Source: Eubacterium sp.
GTDB taxonomy: Bacteria; Bacillota; Clostridia; Lachnospirales; Lachnospiraceae
Direction: 5' to 3'
Length of the DNA: 42,263 bases
Assembly: GCA_022776205.1 (NCBI GenBank)
Contig: JALFIK010000013.1
Span: 1 to 42,263, forward strand
Shown here: positions 20,208-30,092 of the stretch, piece after piece
Numbering within the stretch: position 1 is the first letter of the stretch
Layout: each line of letters starts with the position of its first letter
Program-made: the position numbers and the translations under genes
Notes under the pieces: generated by a model
Seen by the model: only the letters and a program-made list of their open reading frames with translations
The model's database searches: none
What the model was told of the DNA's origin: nothing

Positions 20208-21644
20208 ATGAGTAAACAATACGAGACAGTGATCGGTCTGGAGGTTCATGTGGAACTTGCCACGAAGACGAAAATTTTCTGCGGTTGCAGCACTGCTTTC
20301 GGTGGGGCACCAAATACCCATACCTGTCCGGTCTGCACTGGTATGCCGGGCTCTCTCCCGGTGCTTAATAAACAGGTAGTGGAATATGCGGCGGCAGTCG
20401 GTCTGGCGACAAACTGTACGATTACCCAGTACTGTAAATTTGACCGTAAAAACTATTTTTATCCGGACAATCCGCAAAACTATCAGATTTCCCAGCTCTA
20501 TCTTCCAATCTGCCGGGACGGACATGTGGAGATCGAAGTTGATGGGAAAAAGAAAAATGTGCGGATTCATGAAATCCACATGGAGGAAGACGCAGGAAAG
20601 CTGGTTCATGACCCGGCGACGGGAAATTCTCTTGTGGACTTTAACCGGAGCGGTGTGCCGTTAATTGAGATTGTATCCGAGCCGGACATGCGTTCCGCAG
20701 AAGAAGTCATTGCCTATCTGGAAAAACTCCGCATGATCATTCAGTATCTGGGTGCTTCTGATTGTAAACTGCAGGAAGGATCCATGCGTGCGGATGTGAA
20801 TTTATCTGTCCGTGAAATCGGTGCAGAAAAATTCGGGACAAGAACGGAGATGAAAAACCTCAATTCTTTCAGTGCGATTGCCAGAGCCATTGAAGGAGAG
20901 GCAGAGCGGCAGATTGACCTGTTGGAAGATGGGAAAGAGGTAATTCAGGAGACAAGAAGATGGGATGACGATAAAGAATATTCCTATCCGATGCGTTCAA
21001 AAGAGGATGCGCAGGATTACCGGTACGTCCCGGAACCGGACCTGGTACCGATTGTCATTTCGGATGAATGGCTGGAGGAAATCCGCAGCAGACAGCCGGA
21101 ATTTCGTGATGAGAAACAGGCCCGTTATAAAGAGCAGTTTGGTCTTCCGGAATATGATATCGACATTATCACGGCAGATAAGACTCTGACAGATCTTTTT
21201 GAATCCTGTATTGCACAGGGAGCTGCTCCTAAGGAAGTTTCTAACTGGATTATGGGAGATATCCTTCGATTGTTAAAAGAAAAAGAAATGGAACCGTCGG
21301 ATATTTCCTTTGACCCGGAAAATCTGGTGAAACTGATCCGGATGATCGAGGACGGTTCTGTAAACCGAAAGGTTGCCAGAAAAGTATTTGAAGCAATCTT
21401 CGACGAGAATGTGGACCCGGAAGCTTATGTGGAAGAAAAAGGGTTAAAAACTGTCAGTGACGAGGGAGCACTTCGAAAAATTATCGAAAAGATTATCGAA
21501 GATAACCCGAAATCGGTAGAAGATTATAAAGCAGGAAAGAAAAAAGCCATGGGCTTTTTCGTTGGACAGACAATGCGGGCCATGAAAGGAAAGGCGGACC
21601 CGGCTATGGTAAATAAAATCGTAAAAGAGCTGCTGGATGCGTAA
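20208..21644 (+). CDS. gatB: Asp/Glu-tRNA amidotransferase subunit B
   Basis: IGLEVHVEL, FDRKNYFYPD, HMEEDAGK, GSMRADVN, MRSKEDAQDYRY and a C-terminal YqeY-like domain. Confidence 0.97.
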   Translation: MSKQYETVIGLEVHVELATKTKIFCGCSTAFGGAPNTHTCPVCTGMPGSLPVLNKQVVEYAAAVGLATNCTITQYCKFDRKNYFYPDNPQNYQISQLYLPICRDGHVEIEVDGKKKNVRIHEIHMEEDAGKLVHDPATGNSLVDFNRSGVPLIEIVSEPDMRSAEEVIAYLEKLRMIIQYLGASDCKLQEGSMRADVNLSVREIGAEKFGTRTEMKNLNSFSAIARAIEGEAERQIDLLEDGKEVIQETRRWDDDKEYSYPMRSKEDAQDYRYVPEPDLVPIVISDEWLEEIRSRQPEFRDEKQARYKEQFGLPEYDIDIITADKTLTDLFESCIAQGAAPKEVSNWIMGDILRLLKEKEMEPSDISFDPENLVKLIRMIEDGSVNRKVARKVFEAIFDENVDPEAYVEEKGLKTVSDEGALRKIIEKIIEDNPKSVEDYKAGKKKAMGFFVGQTMRAMKGKADPAMVNKIVKELLDA

Positions 21645-21671
21645 AAACACCCGGACAAAGGAGTATCGGAT

Positions 21672-22265
21672 ATGGCAGACGGTAAAAAAATCCCGGTATT
21701 AAATTCTATGGAGAAATCCCGGGATACGAAATTTCTCAAAAGTTATACATTAAATTATACAAACACAGAAGGTCATGAGAAAGTTTATGAAATGGTAAGC
21801 AATTTCGATTATGATAACCCGAAGGAGATTGGACTGAAGGCATCCGGCGTGGTCATTGTCGGGTACCGGGGAGAAGAACTGCTTCTTCTGAAAGAATTCC
21901 GTATGGGTGTAAACCGTTTTATTTACAATCTTCCCGCCGGTCATCTGGAAAAGGGAGAGTCTGTGGAAAGATGTGCAGAAAGAGAACTGAAGGAGGAAAC
22001 AGGACTTAGAATCAAAAAAATTGAGAAAATCCTGCCCCCTTCCTATGCGGCTCCGGATTTAAGCGATTCTTCCGCCTGGGTCGTGCTGGCACAGGTGGAA
22101 GGGGAGTTTTGTCCGCAGGCGGAGGAAGATGAATGCATTATGCCGCTTTTTGCCGACATAGAAAAATTGGAGAAACTTCTGGAAGAAGAGAGATTTTCCG
22201 GGAGAGCCCAGCTTTTTGCCTATTTCTTTTCTTTATTTGGCAGTCGTCTTTTTGATGGAGAATGA
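21672..22265 (+). CDS. NUDIX hydrolase (ADP-ribose pyrophosphatase-like)
   Basis: Nudix box GHLEKGESVERCAERELKEETGL. Confidence 0.9.
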   Translation: MADGKKIPVLNSMEKSRDTKFLKSYTLNYTNTEGHEKVYEMVSNFDYDNPKEIGLKASGVVIVGYRGEELLLLKEFRMGVNRFIYNLPAGHLEKGESVERCAERELKEETGLRIKKIEKILPPSYAAPDLSDSSAWVVLAQVEGEFCPQAEEDECIMPLFADIEKLEKLLEEERFSGRAQLFAYFFSLFGSRLFDGE

Positions 22266-24301
22266 TAATGATAAGGCACAAAGATAGAAAAATGACGGGA
22301 AAGAAAAAAATTCTGTTATTGATGGAAGGAGTTCTGGCAGTTGCATATTTTGCAATGCCGGAACTTTATTATAATCCGCTGGAGAAAAATTTTTTTGACC
22401 GGTTTTATGCAGATTCTCTGATAATTTGCGGATTTCTCTGGGGAGTCCTTGTTTTTCTTACCATAAAAGACGGAAAATTTTCGGAAAAGACAAACCATAT
22501 TCTTACGGGGGCAGCCGGCTTACTCATTCCTTTTGCCTGTTTTTTATGGCTGGAGTTTTACAATGATATGCAATTCTGGGTGCCGGTTTTTGAAATCCCC
22601 AAAAAATATCTTTTCCTGGATCTTTTGATCTACTATGTAATTTTTGCACTGTTTCTTCTCGTATTTAACAGTATCCGCAGTGCAGGAATCGGCATGGTGA
22701 CGGTGACGGCCTGTTTTGGTTTTTTAAATTATCAACTGACTGTCTTTCGGAGTATGGCTTTTATTGCCTCCGATCTTTATTCCCTCCGGACAGCAGTTTC
22801 CGTGGCCGGTACATACAAACCGGAAATTGATGTGGATACGGCAGAATTTTTTCTGCTTGCCCTGGTGATGCTTGCTCTAGTGTTAAAACTGGATCGGGAA
22901 AAGCTTTTTCACCGGAAAGGCCGTCTGGCCTGGCTTGCGGCCTGCTGTCTGCTTTTTGCCGGGTTTGTGAATGTTTACGTCACCAGCGATTATCTGGAGA
23001 AAATCGGTGTGGATTTTCGTGTCTACCGTCCCCAGTATAAATACCGCTATTACGGAACTCTTCTTACGACCATGCGGACTTTTGGTTATCTTCATGTGAC
23101 GGAGCCGGAAGGCTATTCCCGGGAGGTAGTGGAGAAGATTGCAAAAACTTATCAGTATAAAGCAGGTTCGTCAGATACGAGAGCAGAGAAAAAACCGAAT
23201 ATCGTTATTGTGATGAATGAATCCTTTGCAGACCTTAAAGCCGTGGGCAATCTGGATGTTTCGGAAGATTATATGCCTTATTTCCATCAGTTAAAAAAGA
23301 ACACCATAAAAGGATATACCTATGCTTCTGTGTTCGGAGGAAACACGGCAAATTCAGAGTTTGAATGTCTGACGGGAAATACTCTGGCATTTCTGCCGGA
23401 TAATTCCGTGCCCTATCAGCTTTTTTTAAGAGAAAAAACCGCGGGGCTGACTGATACGCTTAAGAAACAGGGATATGGTTCCTGTCTTGCGCTCCATCCA
23501 TTTTATGAGACCGGTTACAGTCGATATAAAGTCTATCCGCTCATGGGATTTGATCGATTTTATACTTCAGACGATTTTCCTTTATTTGTCGATACGGTAA
23601 ATTACCATATTACCGATTCGGAAAATTATAAGAAGCTGATCCGTCTGTATGAAAACAGGCAGGATAAAAACAAGCCATTTTATCTTTTTAATGTGACCAT
23701 GCAAAATCACGGAAGTTATGACGGAAGTACTGCACAAACGGGGAATCAGGTCAGACTGGAGGGCAATCTGAAGGGATACGGGACGGCGGAGGAATATCTT
23801 AATATGATCAAAATGTCGGACCGGGCTTTAAAAGAGCTTATCCGTTATTTTAAGAAAGTCAAAGATCCGACGGTCATCCTGTTTTTCGGAGATCACCAGC
23901 CGGACCTTGAGGAGAGTTTCTATGACAGCCTTCTTGGAACAGATGTAAAAGATCTAGAAGGAGAGGAACTGGAGAAACTTTATAAAGTACCGTTTTGTAT
24001 CTGGGCGAATTATGACATTGAGGAAAAATATGTGGAGAAGACGAGTAATAATTATCTTTCCGTTTTACTTGCTGATGTGGCAGGAATACAAAAGACCGGC
24101 TATCAGAATTTCCTCTCTTCGCTTCGCGAAAAGATTCCCTGCATTAATGCCATCGGATACTGGGGAGAAGATGGGAAATTTTATAAAACGGATGATAAAA
24201 AATCACCGTATTATCCTCTGATTCATCAGTATGATTTGCTGGAATATAATAATCTGTTTGGAAAAGAAAAACAGATAAAGGACTTCTTTTTTCTTAGATA
24301 A
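22262..24301 (+). CDS. LTA synthase family protein (LtaS-like sulfatase fold)
   Basis: N-terminal transmembrane helices; NIVIVMNESF, GGNTANSEFE (catalytic Thr), TMQNHG and FFGDHQP. Exact start uncertain. Confidence 0.88.
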   Translation: MIMIRHKDRKMTGKKKILLLMEGVLAVAYFAMPELYYNPLEKNFFDRFYADSLIICGFLWGVLVFLTIKDGKFSEKTNHILTGAAGLLIPFACFLWLEFYNDMQFWVPVFEIPKKYLFLDLLIYYVIFALFLLVFNSIRSAGIGMVTVTACFGFLNYQLTVFRSMAFIASDLYSLRTAVSVAGTYKPEIDVDTAEFFLLALVMLALVLKLDREKLFHRKGRLAWLAACCLLFAGFVNVYVTSDYLEKIGVDFRVYRPQYKYRYYGTLLTTMRTFGYLHVTEPEGYSREVVEKIAKTYQYKAGSSDTRAEKKPNIVIVMNESFADLKAVGNLDVSEDYMPYFHQLKKNTIKGYTYASVFGGNTANSEFECLTGNTLAFLPDNSVPYQLFLREKTAGLTDTLKKQGYGSCLALHPFYETGYSRYKVYPLMGFDRFYTSDDFPLFVDTVNYHITDSENYKKLIRLYENRQDKNKPFYLFNVTMQNHGSYDGSTAQTGNQVRLEGNLKGYGTAEEYLNMIKMSDRALKELIRYFKKVKDPTVILFFGDHQPDLEESFYDSLLGTDVKDLEGEELEKLYKVPFCIWANYDIEEKYVEKTSNNYLSVLLADVAGIQKTGYQNFLSSLREKIPCINAIGYWGEDGKFYKTDDKKSPYYPLIHQYDLLEYNNLFGKEKQIKDFFFLR

Positions 24302-24381
24302 AAAAGTGATTCGCATCATTGAATAAATAATAAAAGATTAAAACACGAAAAAGTCAGTAAAAGATAGTGACATTTTCTGCC

Positions 24382-24410
24382 TTGCCTTTTTGAAATTGTC
24401 ATGATACACT
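24382..24410 (+). promoter_or_regulatory. Putative sigma-A promoter of glmS
   Basis: TTGCCT-17 nt-TACACT with TG-n. Confidence 0.5.
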
Positions 24411-24455
24411 TACTTTCGTAAAATAGTATAACATTTTATAAAAAGGAGATTATAT

Positions 24456-26297
24456 ATGTGTGGAATAGTCGGATATACCGGAAAAGAAAATGCTGCGCCG
24501 ATTGTACTGGATGGTTTATCAAAACTGGAATACAGAGGATATGATTCCGCAGGAGTCGCTATTTTTAATGAACAGGCGAATGATATAGATATTGTAAAAA
24601 CAAAAGGACGTTTGAAGAATCTTCTGGAGAAGACGGACAGCGGGAAAGCCATGCCGGGAAACTGTGGAATCGGTCATACCCGCTGGGCAACCCACGGTGC
24701 ACCGTCTGAAACGAATGCTCATCCGCATTACAGTGCCGATAAGACAGTTGTACTTGTGCATAATGGTATTATTGAAAACTACCAGGAGCTTAAAGAGCAT
24801 CTGGTTCAGAAGGGATATACATTTTATTCTGAGACAGACACGGAAGTTGCCGTAAATCTGATTGCTTACTACTACGAGAAGACGGATCACAATCCGCTTG
24901 AGAGTATGTCAAGAGCCCTGTTGCGTGTCCGTGGTTCCTTTGCCTTAGGCGTGATATTCAAAGACCGCCCGGGTGTGGTTTATGCGGCAAGAAAGGACAG
25001 TCCTCTGATCATTGGTCAGAGCGAGAAAGGCGCATTTATTGCTTCTGACGTTCCTGCCATCCTTTCCTACACAAGAAATGTATATTATCTTGATAATATG
25101 GAGATGGCGGAACTTCATGAAGATTCCATTAAGTTTTTCAATATGAATGGTGACGAGATCACAAAAGAGATGGTTAATATTAAATGGGATGCCGAAGCAG
25201 CAGAAAAGGGCGGTTTCGAGCATTTTATGATGAAAGAGATTCACGAACAGCCGAAGGCAGTGAGGGATACCATCAATACTTATGTAAAAGACGGAAAAAT
25301 CGATCTTGGTTCTGTAGGCATGTCGAAGGAAGAGTTTGCACAGTACAACAGAATCTGTATTGTTGCCTGCGGTTCTGCATACCACGTAGGGATTGCGGCA
25401 AAATATGTGATGGAAGATCTGACGGGATTAATGGTAGATGTGGATTTTGCATCTGAATTCCGCTATCGTAATCCAAAGCTTTCCAAAGATACTCTCGTCA
25501 TTATTATTTCCCAGTCCGGGGAGACGGCAGACAGCCTGGCTGCACTTCGTCTGGCCAAAGAAAGAGGAGTGAAAGTTCTGGCTATTGTCAATGTAGTAGG
25601 ATCGAGTATTGCGAGGGAGGCAGATTATGTAATGTACACCCTGGCAGGCCCGGAGATTGCTGTTGCGACGACAAAGGCGTACAGTACCCAGCTGATTTGT
25701 ATGTACATTCTTTCCATGTATGCTGCCCAGATTCGCGGGGAGATGGAACAGCAGCAGTTCGACAGCATGATGGCAGAGATCGTTCAGCTGCCGGATAAGA
25801 TTGCGCAGGTTCTGGCAGACAAGGAACGAATTCAGTGGTTTGCGAATAAGTTTGCGTCCGCCCATGACATTTTCTTTATCGGTCGTGGCCTTGATTATGC
25901 AATCTGTCAGGAGGGAAGCCTGAAAATGAAGGAGATCAGTTACATACATTCCGAGGCGTATGCAGCTGGTGAGCTGAAACATGGAACGATCAGCCTGATT
26001 GAAGATGGAACTCTGGTTGTCGGGGTTCTGACCCAGAGCCATTTAAGCGAGAAAACTTTAAGCAATATGCAGGAAGTAAAGAGCCGTGGAGCGTACCTTA
26101 TGGGTGTGGCAGAAAACGGAAGTTACTATCTGGAAGATATGATTGATTTTGTCGTATATGTTCCGAAGACAGACCCTCATTTTACAACAACACTGGCCAT
26201 CATTCCTCTGCAGCTGATGGGATACTATGTAAGTGTTGCAAGAGGACTGGATGTGGATAAACCAAGAAATCTTGCCAAGAGTGTAACAGTAGAGTAA
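24456..26297 (+). CDS. glmS: Glutamine--fructose-6-phosphate aminotransferase
   Basis: MCGIVG, LEYRGYDSAG, GHTRWATHG, SQSGETAD and the C-terminal PRNLAKSVTVE. Confidence 0.98.
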   Translation: MCGIVGYTGKENAAPIVLDGLSKLEYRGYDSAGVAIFNEQANDIDIVKTKGRLKNLLEKTDSGKAMPGNCGIGHTRWATHGAPSETNAHPHYSADKTVVLVHNGIIENYQELKEHLVQKGYTFYSETDTEVAVNLIAYYYEKTDHNPLESMSRALLRVRGSFALGVIFKDRPGVVYAARKDSPLIIGQSEKGAFIASDVPAILSYTRNVYYLDNMEMAELHEDSIKFFNMNGDEITKEMVNIKWDAEAAEKGGFEHFMMKEIHEQPKAVRDTINTYVKDGKIDLGSVGMSKEEFAQYNRICIVACGSAYHVGIAAKYVMEDLTGLMVDVDFASEFRYRNPKLSKDTLVIIISQSGETADSLAALRLAKERGVKVLAIVNVVGSSIAREADYVMYTLAGPEIAVATTKAYSTQLICMYILSMYAAQIRGEMEQQQFDSMMAEIVQLPDKIAQVLADKERIQWFANKFASAHDIFFIGRGLDYAICQEGSLKMKEISYIHSEAYAAGELKHGTISLIEDGTLVVGVLTQSHLSEKTLSNMQEVKSRGAYLMGVAENGSYYLEDMIDFVVYVPKTDPHFTTTLAIIPLQLMGYYVSVARGLDVDKPRNLAKSVTVE

Positions 26298-26305
26298 AAA
26301 TAGAG

Positions 26306-26334
26306 TTGAACCAAACAGTATTGTCTGATAGAAT
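26306..26334 (+). promoter_or_regulatory. Putative sigma-A promoter of thrS
   Basis: TTGAAC-17 nt-TAGAAT with TG-n. Confidence 0.55.
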
Positions 26335-26389
26335 AGTTATGTTCTGATAAAAATTTAGATAGTGACAGATAGAAGGAGAAAGCAGAAAG

Positions 26390-28351
26390 ATGATTATACG
26401 ATTAAAAGATGGTTCTGAAAAAGAATATGCCAGGTCCATGACTGTACTGGATATCGCAAAAGATATCAGTGAAGGTCTGGCAAGAAATGCCTGTGCCGGA
26501 GAAATCGACGGGGAAGTTGTGGATTTGCGTACACCGGTTACCGGAGACTGTGCGCTTAATATCCTGACTTTTCAGGATGAGAAAGGGAAGAAAGCGTTCC
26601 GTCACACTGCTTCCCATGTCCTTGCCCAGGCGGTAAAACGTCTCTATCCGGATGCAAAGCTTGCGATCGGACCGGCAATTGATGATGGATTTTACTATGA
26701 TTTCGATATGGCACCTCTTACAAGAGAAGATCTGGATGCCATCGAAAAGGAAATGAAAAAAGTGATTAAAGAGAATCCTCCGATTGAGAGATTTGAGCTT
26801 CCGAGAGAAGAAGCGATCGCTTTTATGAAAGAAAAAGACGAGCCTTATAAAGTGGAACTGATTGAAGATCTTCCGGAAGATGCCGTTATCAGTTTTTATA
26901 AACAGGGAGATTTCACCGATCTTTGTGCCGGCCCGCATCTTATGAGTGTAAAACCGATCAAGGCCTTTAAACTTACCGCTTCTTCCGGTGCCTACTGGAG
27001 AGGAAATGAGAACAATAAGATGCTGACCCGTATTTACGGAACTGCTTATACAAAGAAGGCAGATCTGGAAGAACGTCTTAAATATTTAGAAGAGATCAAG
27101 CTTCGTGATCACAATCGTCTTGGCCGTGAGATGGAATTATTTACTACGGTTGACGTGATCGGTCAGGGACTTCCGCTCATACTTCCGAAGGGAGCAAAGA
27201 TCATTCAGACACTTCAGAGATGGATCGAGGATCTGGAAGATAATGAGTGGGGATATGTAAGGACCAAGACCCCGCTTATGGCAAAGAGTGATCTGTATAA
27301 GATTTCCGGACACTGGGATCATTACAAAGACGGCATGTTTGTTCTTGGAGACGAAGAGAAGGATAAAGAGGTTCTTGCCCTCCGTCCGATGACCTGTCCG
27401 TTCCAGTATTACTGCTATAAGAACACACAGAAATCCTATCGCGATCTGCCATACAGAATGAGTGAGACATCCACATTGTTTCGTAATGAGGATTCCGGAG
27501 AGATGCACGGTCTGACACGTGTCCGCCAGTTTACGATTTCGGAAGGACACCTGATTATCCGTCCGGACCAGACGAATGAAGAATTAAAGAACTGTCTCAA
27601 TCTGGCACAGTACTGCCTGACTGTTCTTGGTGTGCAGGATGATGTAACTTATCGTTTATCCAAATGGGATCCAAAGAATAAAGAGAAGTATCTGGGCGAT
27701 GAGGAGTACTGGGAGACAACACAGGATGCGATTCGTAATATCCTTGTAGAGCAGGGTGTTCCGTTTGTGGAAGCGGACGGCGAGGCAGCTTTCTACGGAC
27801 CGAAGATTGATATTCAGGCGAAGAACGTATATGGCAAGGAAGATACGATGATCACCATTCAGCTTGACTGTGCCATTGCAGAGAATTTTGATATGTACTA
27901 TATTGATCAAAATGGGGAAAAACAGCGCCCTTATGTTATTCACAGAACATCTCTGGGATGTTATGAGAGGACACTGGCATGGCTGATCGAGAAATATGCA
28001 GGCAAATTCCCGACATGGCTTTGTCCGGAACAGGTTCGTGTTCTTCCAATTTCCGAGAAATTTGAAGAGTATGCGGAATCTGTGAACAAAGAACTCAAGA
28101 AGAATGGTATTTTAAGTACGGTAGATAATCGTTCGGAAAAGATTGGTTACAAAATTCGTGAAGCCCGCCTTCAGAAGATTCCGTATATGCTTGTTGTCGG
28201 TGCGAAAGAGCAGGAGGCAGGTAAGGTTTCTGTACGAAGCCGTTTCGCCGGCGATGAAGGACAGAAGGATCTGAAGGATTTTATTGCCGATATCTGTGAG
28301 GAGATTCGTACGAAAGCAATCCGTAAGGAAGAGATAACAGAAGAAAAATAA
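26390..28351 (+). CDS. thrS: Threonine--tRNA ligase
   Basis: TGS domain, RHTASHVLA, DLCAGPH, RPMTCP, GLTRVRQF, AAFYGPKID and IHRTSLGCYER. Confidence 0.98.
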   Translation: MIIRLKDGSEKEYARSMTVLDIAKDISEGLARNACAGEIDGEVVDLRTPVTGDCALNILTFQDEKGKKAFRHTASHVLAQAVKRLYPDAKLAIGPAIDDGFYYDFDMAPLTREDLDAIEKEMKKVIKENPPIERFELPREEAIAFMKEKDEPYKVELIEDLPEDAVISFYKQGDFTDLCAGPHLMSVKPIKAFKLTASSGAYWRGNENNKMLTRIYGTAYTKKADLEERLKYLEEIKLRDHNRLGREMELFTTVDVIGQGLPLILPKGAKIIQTLQRWIEDLEDNEWGYVRTKTPLMAKSDLYKISGHWDHYKDGMFVLGDEEKDKEVLALRPMTCPFQYYCYKNTQKSYRDLPYRMSETSTLFRNEDSGEMHGLTRVRQFTISEGHLIIRPDQTNEELKNCLNLAQYCLTVLGVQDDVTYRLSKWDPKNKEKYLGDEEYWETTQDAIRNILVEQGVPFVEADGEAAFYGPKIDIQAKNVYGKEDTMITIQLDCAIAENFDMYYIDQNGEKQRPYVIHRTSLGCYERTLAWLIEKYAGKFPTWLCPEQVRVLPISEKFEEYAESVNKELKKNGILSTVDNRSEKIGYKIREARLQKIPYMLVVGAKEQEAGKVSVRSRFAGDEGQKDLKDFIADICEEIRTKAIRKEEITEEK

Positions 28352-28399
28352 ACAGAACATAACATTATTCATGGGAAAATACTGGGAACAGAGAATCGG

Positions 28400-28449
28400 A
28401 AGCGCCAGCAGTTACGGCTAATTTGCCGTTACTGCAGACGCTTTTTCTT
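28400..28449 (+). terminator. Intrinsic terminator between convergent thrS and metF
   Basis: Imperfect stem AAGCG..GCAGT.ACGGC / GCCGT.ACTGC..CGCTT followed by a T-rich tail. Confidence 0.65.
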
Positions 28450-28493
28450 GTTTGATGGGACTGTCTCACCCAAAATAGCCTTCTGTATGAAAA

Positions 28494-29339
28494 CTATAAT
28501 AATGCACAGATGGCATCGGCAGTTTCACTGTGATTCATCGTGTAAATGTGGATGTTTCTGATGCCGTGATCCCTAAGATCAGTAATCTGCCGGACTGCGT
28601 ATTCGATTCCGGCCTTTTTCATATCGCATGGAGAATCTCCGTAGGTGGCAATCAGATCAGACAGGGATTTCGGAACACTGGCACCGGACAGGTTGATGGT
28701 CGTGCTGATCATTTTGCTGCTGGTAATCGGCATGATACCCGCATGGACAGGGACTTCAATTCCCATTTTTAAAATGGAATCCATAAACCGGTAGAAGACA
28801 TCGTTCTTAAAAAAGAGCTGACTGATCAGGGAATCGGCACCCTGATCTACTTTATATTTCAGCCAGGAAAGATCCTCATCCATGGAGGAGGCTTCATAAT
28901 GTTTTTCCGGATAGCAGGCTGCCGATACACGAAAACCGGAATCTTTTAAAATCGGGATAATTTCCGATGGATGCTTGTACCTGCGGTTTTCAAAACATTC
29001 GGTGCTCATGTCCGCCGGCTTGTCCCCACGAAGGGCAAGAACATTGTGGATACCGGAATTTTTAAAATTATCTATCGTAGATAAAAGACCTTCTTCCGTC
29101 AGTGCCGCACAGGTCAGATGGGCAATGGCGCAAATTCCCAGATCTTTTTCAATATGGGAGGCAATCTCAGCCGTTTTTTTACTGTTGCTTCCTCCCGCGC
29201 CGTAAGTGCAGCTGATAAATTCAGGATTATGTATTTTGAGTGCGTTTAACGTTTCGTAGAGCTCCGGGAAATCCTCCCATTTTTTTGGAGGGAATACTTC
29301 AAAAGAAAGAGAGAGTCCCGTGGACTTTTCTGTATTCAT
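28494..29339 (-). CDS. metF: 5,10-methylenetetrahydrofolate reductase
   Basis: SFEVFPPK, CTYGAGGS, AHLTC, LALRGD, ACYPEKH, KVDQGA...ISQLFF and HIYTMN. Confidence 0.93.
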   Translation of the reverse strand: MNTEKSTGLSLSFEVFPPKKWEDFPELYETLNALKIHNPEFISCTYGAGGSNSKKTAEIASHIEKDLGICAIAHLTCAALTEEGLLSTIDNFKNSGIHNVLALRGDKPADMSTECFENRRYKHPSEIIPILKDSGFRVSAACYPEKHYEASSMDEDLSWLKYKVDQGADSLISQLFFKNDVFYRFMDSILKMGIEVPVHAGIMPITSSKMISTTINLSGASVPKSLSDLIATYGDSPCDMKKAGIEYAVRQITDLRDHGIRNIHIYTMNHSETADAICALL

Positions 29340-29386
29340 AAATCATGTCCTTTCTGTATTGCAATCTGTTGTTTTTATACGTTGCT

Positions 29387-29415
29387 ATTTTACTCTTTTT
29401 TGTTAGAAATGGCAA
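29387..29415 (-). promoter_or_regulatory. Putative sigma-A promoter of metF
   Basis: Minus strand TTGCCA-17 nt-TAAAAT. Confidence 0.55.
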
Positions 29416-29572
29416 GAAAGTGCCAAGGAATCCCATGAATTGTCCAATTTTTTTATAGAATGTTCCCAATGGGTGTGTTATAATAGTCTCAGAAGTGTAC
29501 CATGGATAAAGTGGTATCTGATTACCGGAGAATATATTCAGGTAGAAATAAAGGATTAAAGGAGCGGAAGTC

Positions 29573-29956
29573 ATGGATATTAAAGAATTATTACCAAAAG
29601 ATACAGAAGGAAGACTGCGTATTATCCAGGAGACTGTGCCTGGAAGACAGATTACGCTGGCTCATGTAGTGACAAGTCCGAAGCCGATCGTTTATCGTAA
29701 GCTTGGACTGAATCCGGATATCGATTTCGAGCGTTCTGCCATTGGAATCATTACTGTAACACCGAGTGAATCTGCCGTGATCGGTGCAGACATTGCAATC
29801 AAGAGCGGTGATGTTTATCTTGGATTCGTTGACCGTTTCAGCGGTACTTTAATTCTGACAGGGCGTATCTCTGCCGTGGAATCAGCAGTGAAGGCTGTCA
29901 TTCATTATTTCCAGAATGATCTTGGCTATGCGACCTGCCCGGTTACCAAGAAGTAA
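29573..29956 (+). CDS. Bacterial microcompartment shell protein, EutS/PduU type (circularly permuted BMC-H)
   Basis: RIIQETVPGRQITLAHVV, AIGIITVTPSE..VIGADIAIKS..V..GFVDRFSGTLILTG..SAVE...CPVTK. Confidence 0.9.
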   Translation: MDIKELLPKDTEGRLRIIQETVPGRQITLAHVVTSPKPIVYRKLGLNPDIDFERSAIGIITVTPSESAVIGADIAIKSGDVYLGFVDRFSGTLILTGRISAVESAVKAVIHYFQNDLGYATCPVTKK

Positions 29957-30092
29957 GAGTTTTATGGCCGGAATGATTCGTATGATTGCATTGCGGCGAC
30001 ATGGAATCCTGTCGTACATAACCCACTGCAGGCTAAGAATCCTGCAGGCAGGGTTCTTTTGCGAAACGGGGAGAAGGAAGCAGGGTGGTTAA

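Noticed and set aside
28400-28449. AGCGCCAG...GACG after thrS resembling the start of a glmS ribozyme
   Set aside because: It lies about 2 kb downstream of glmS, lacks GACGAGG and the rest of the core, and forms a simple hairpin with a T-tail.
29964-30092. 42-codon ORF exactly filling the gap between the eutS-like and eutP-like genes
   Set aside because: No convincing RBS and no recognisable motif; it overlaps hairpins that explain the spacer. Likely chance.
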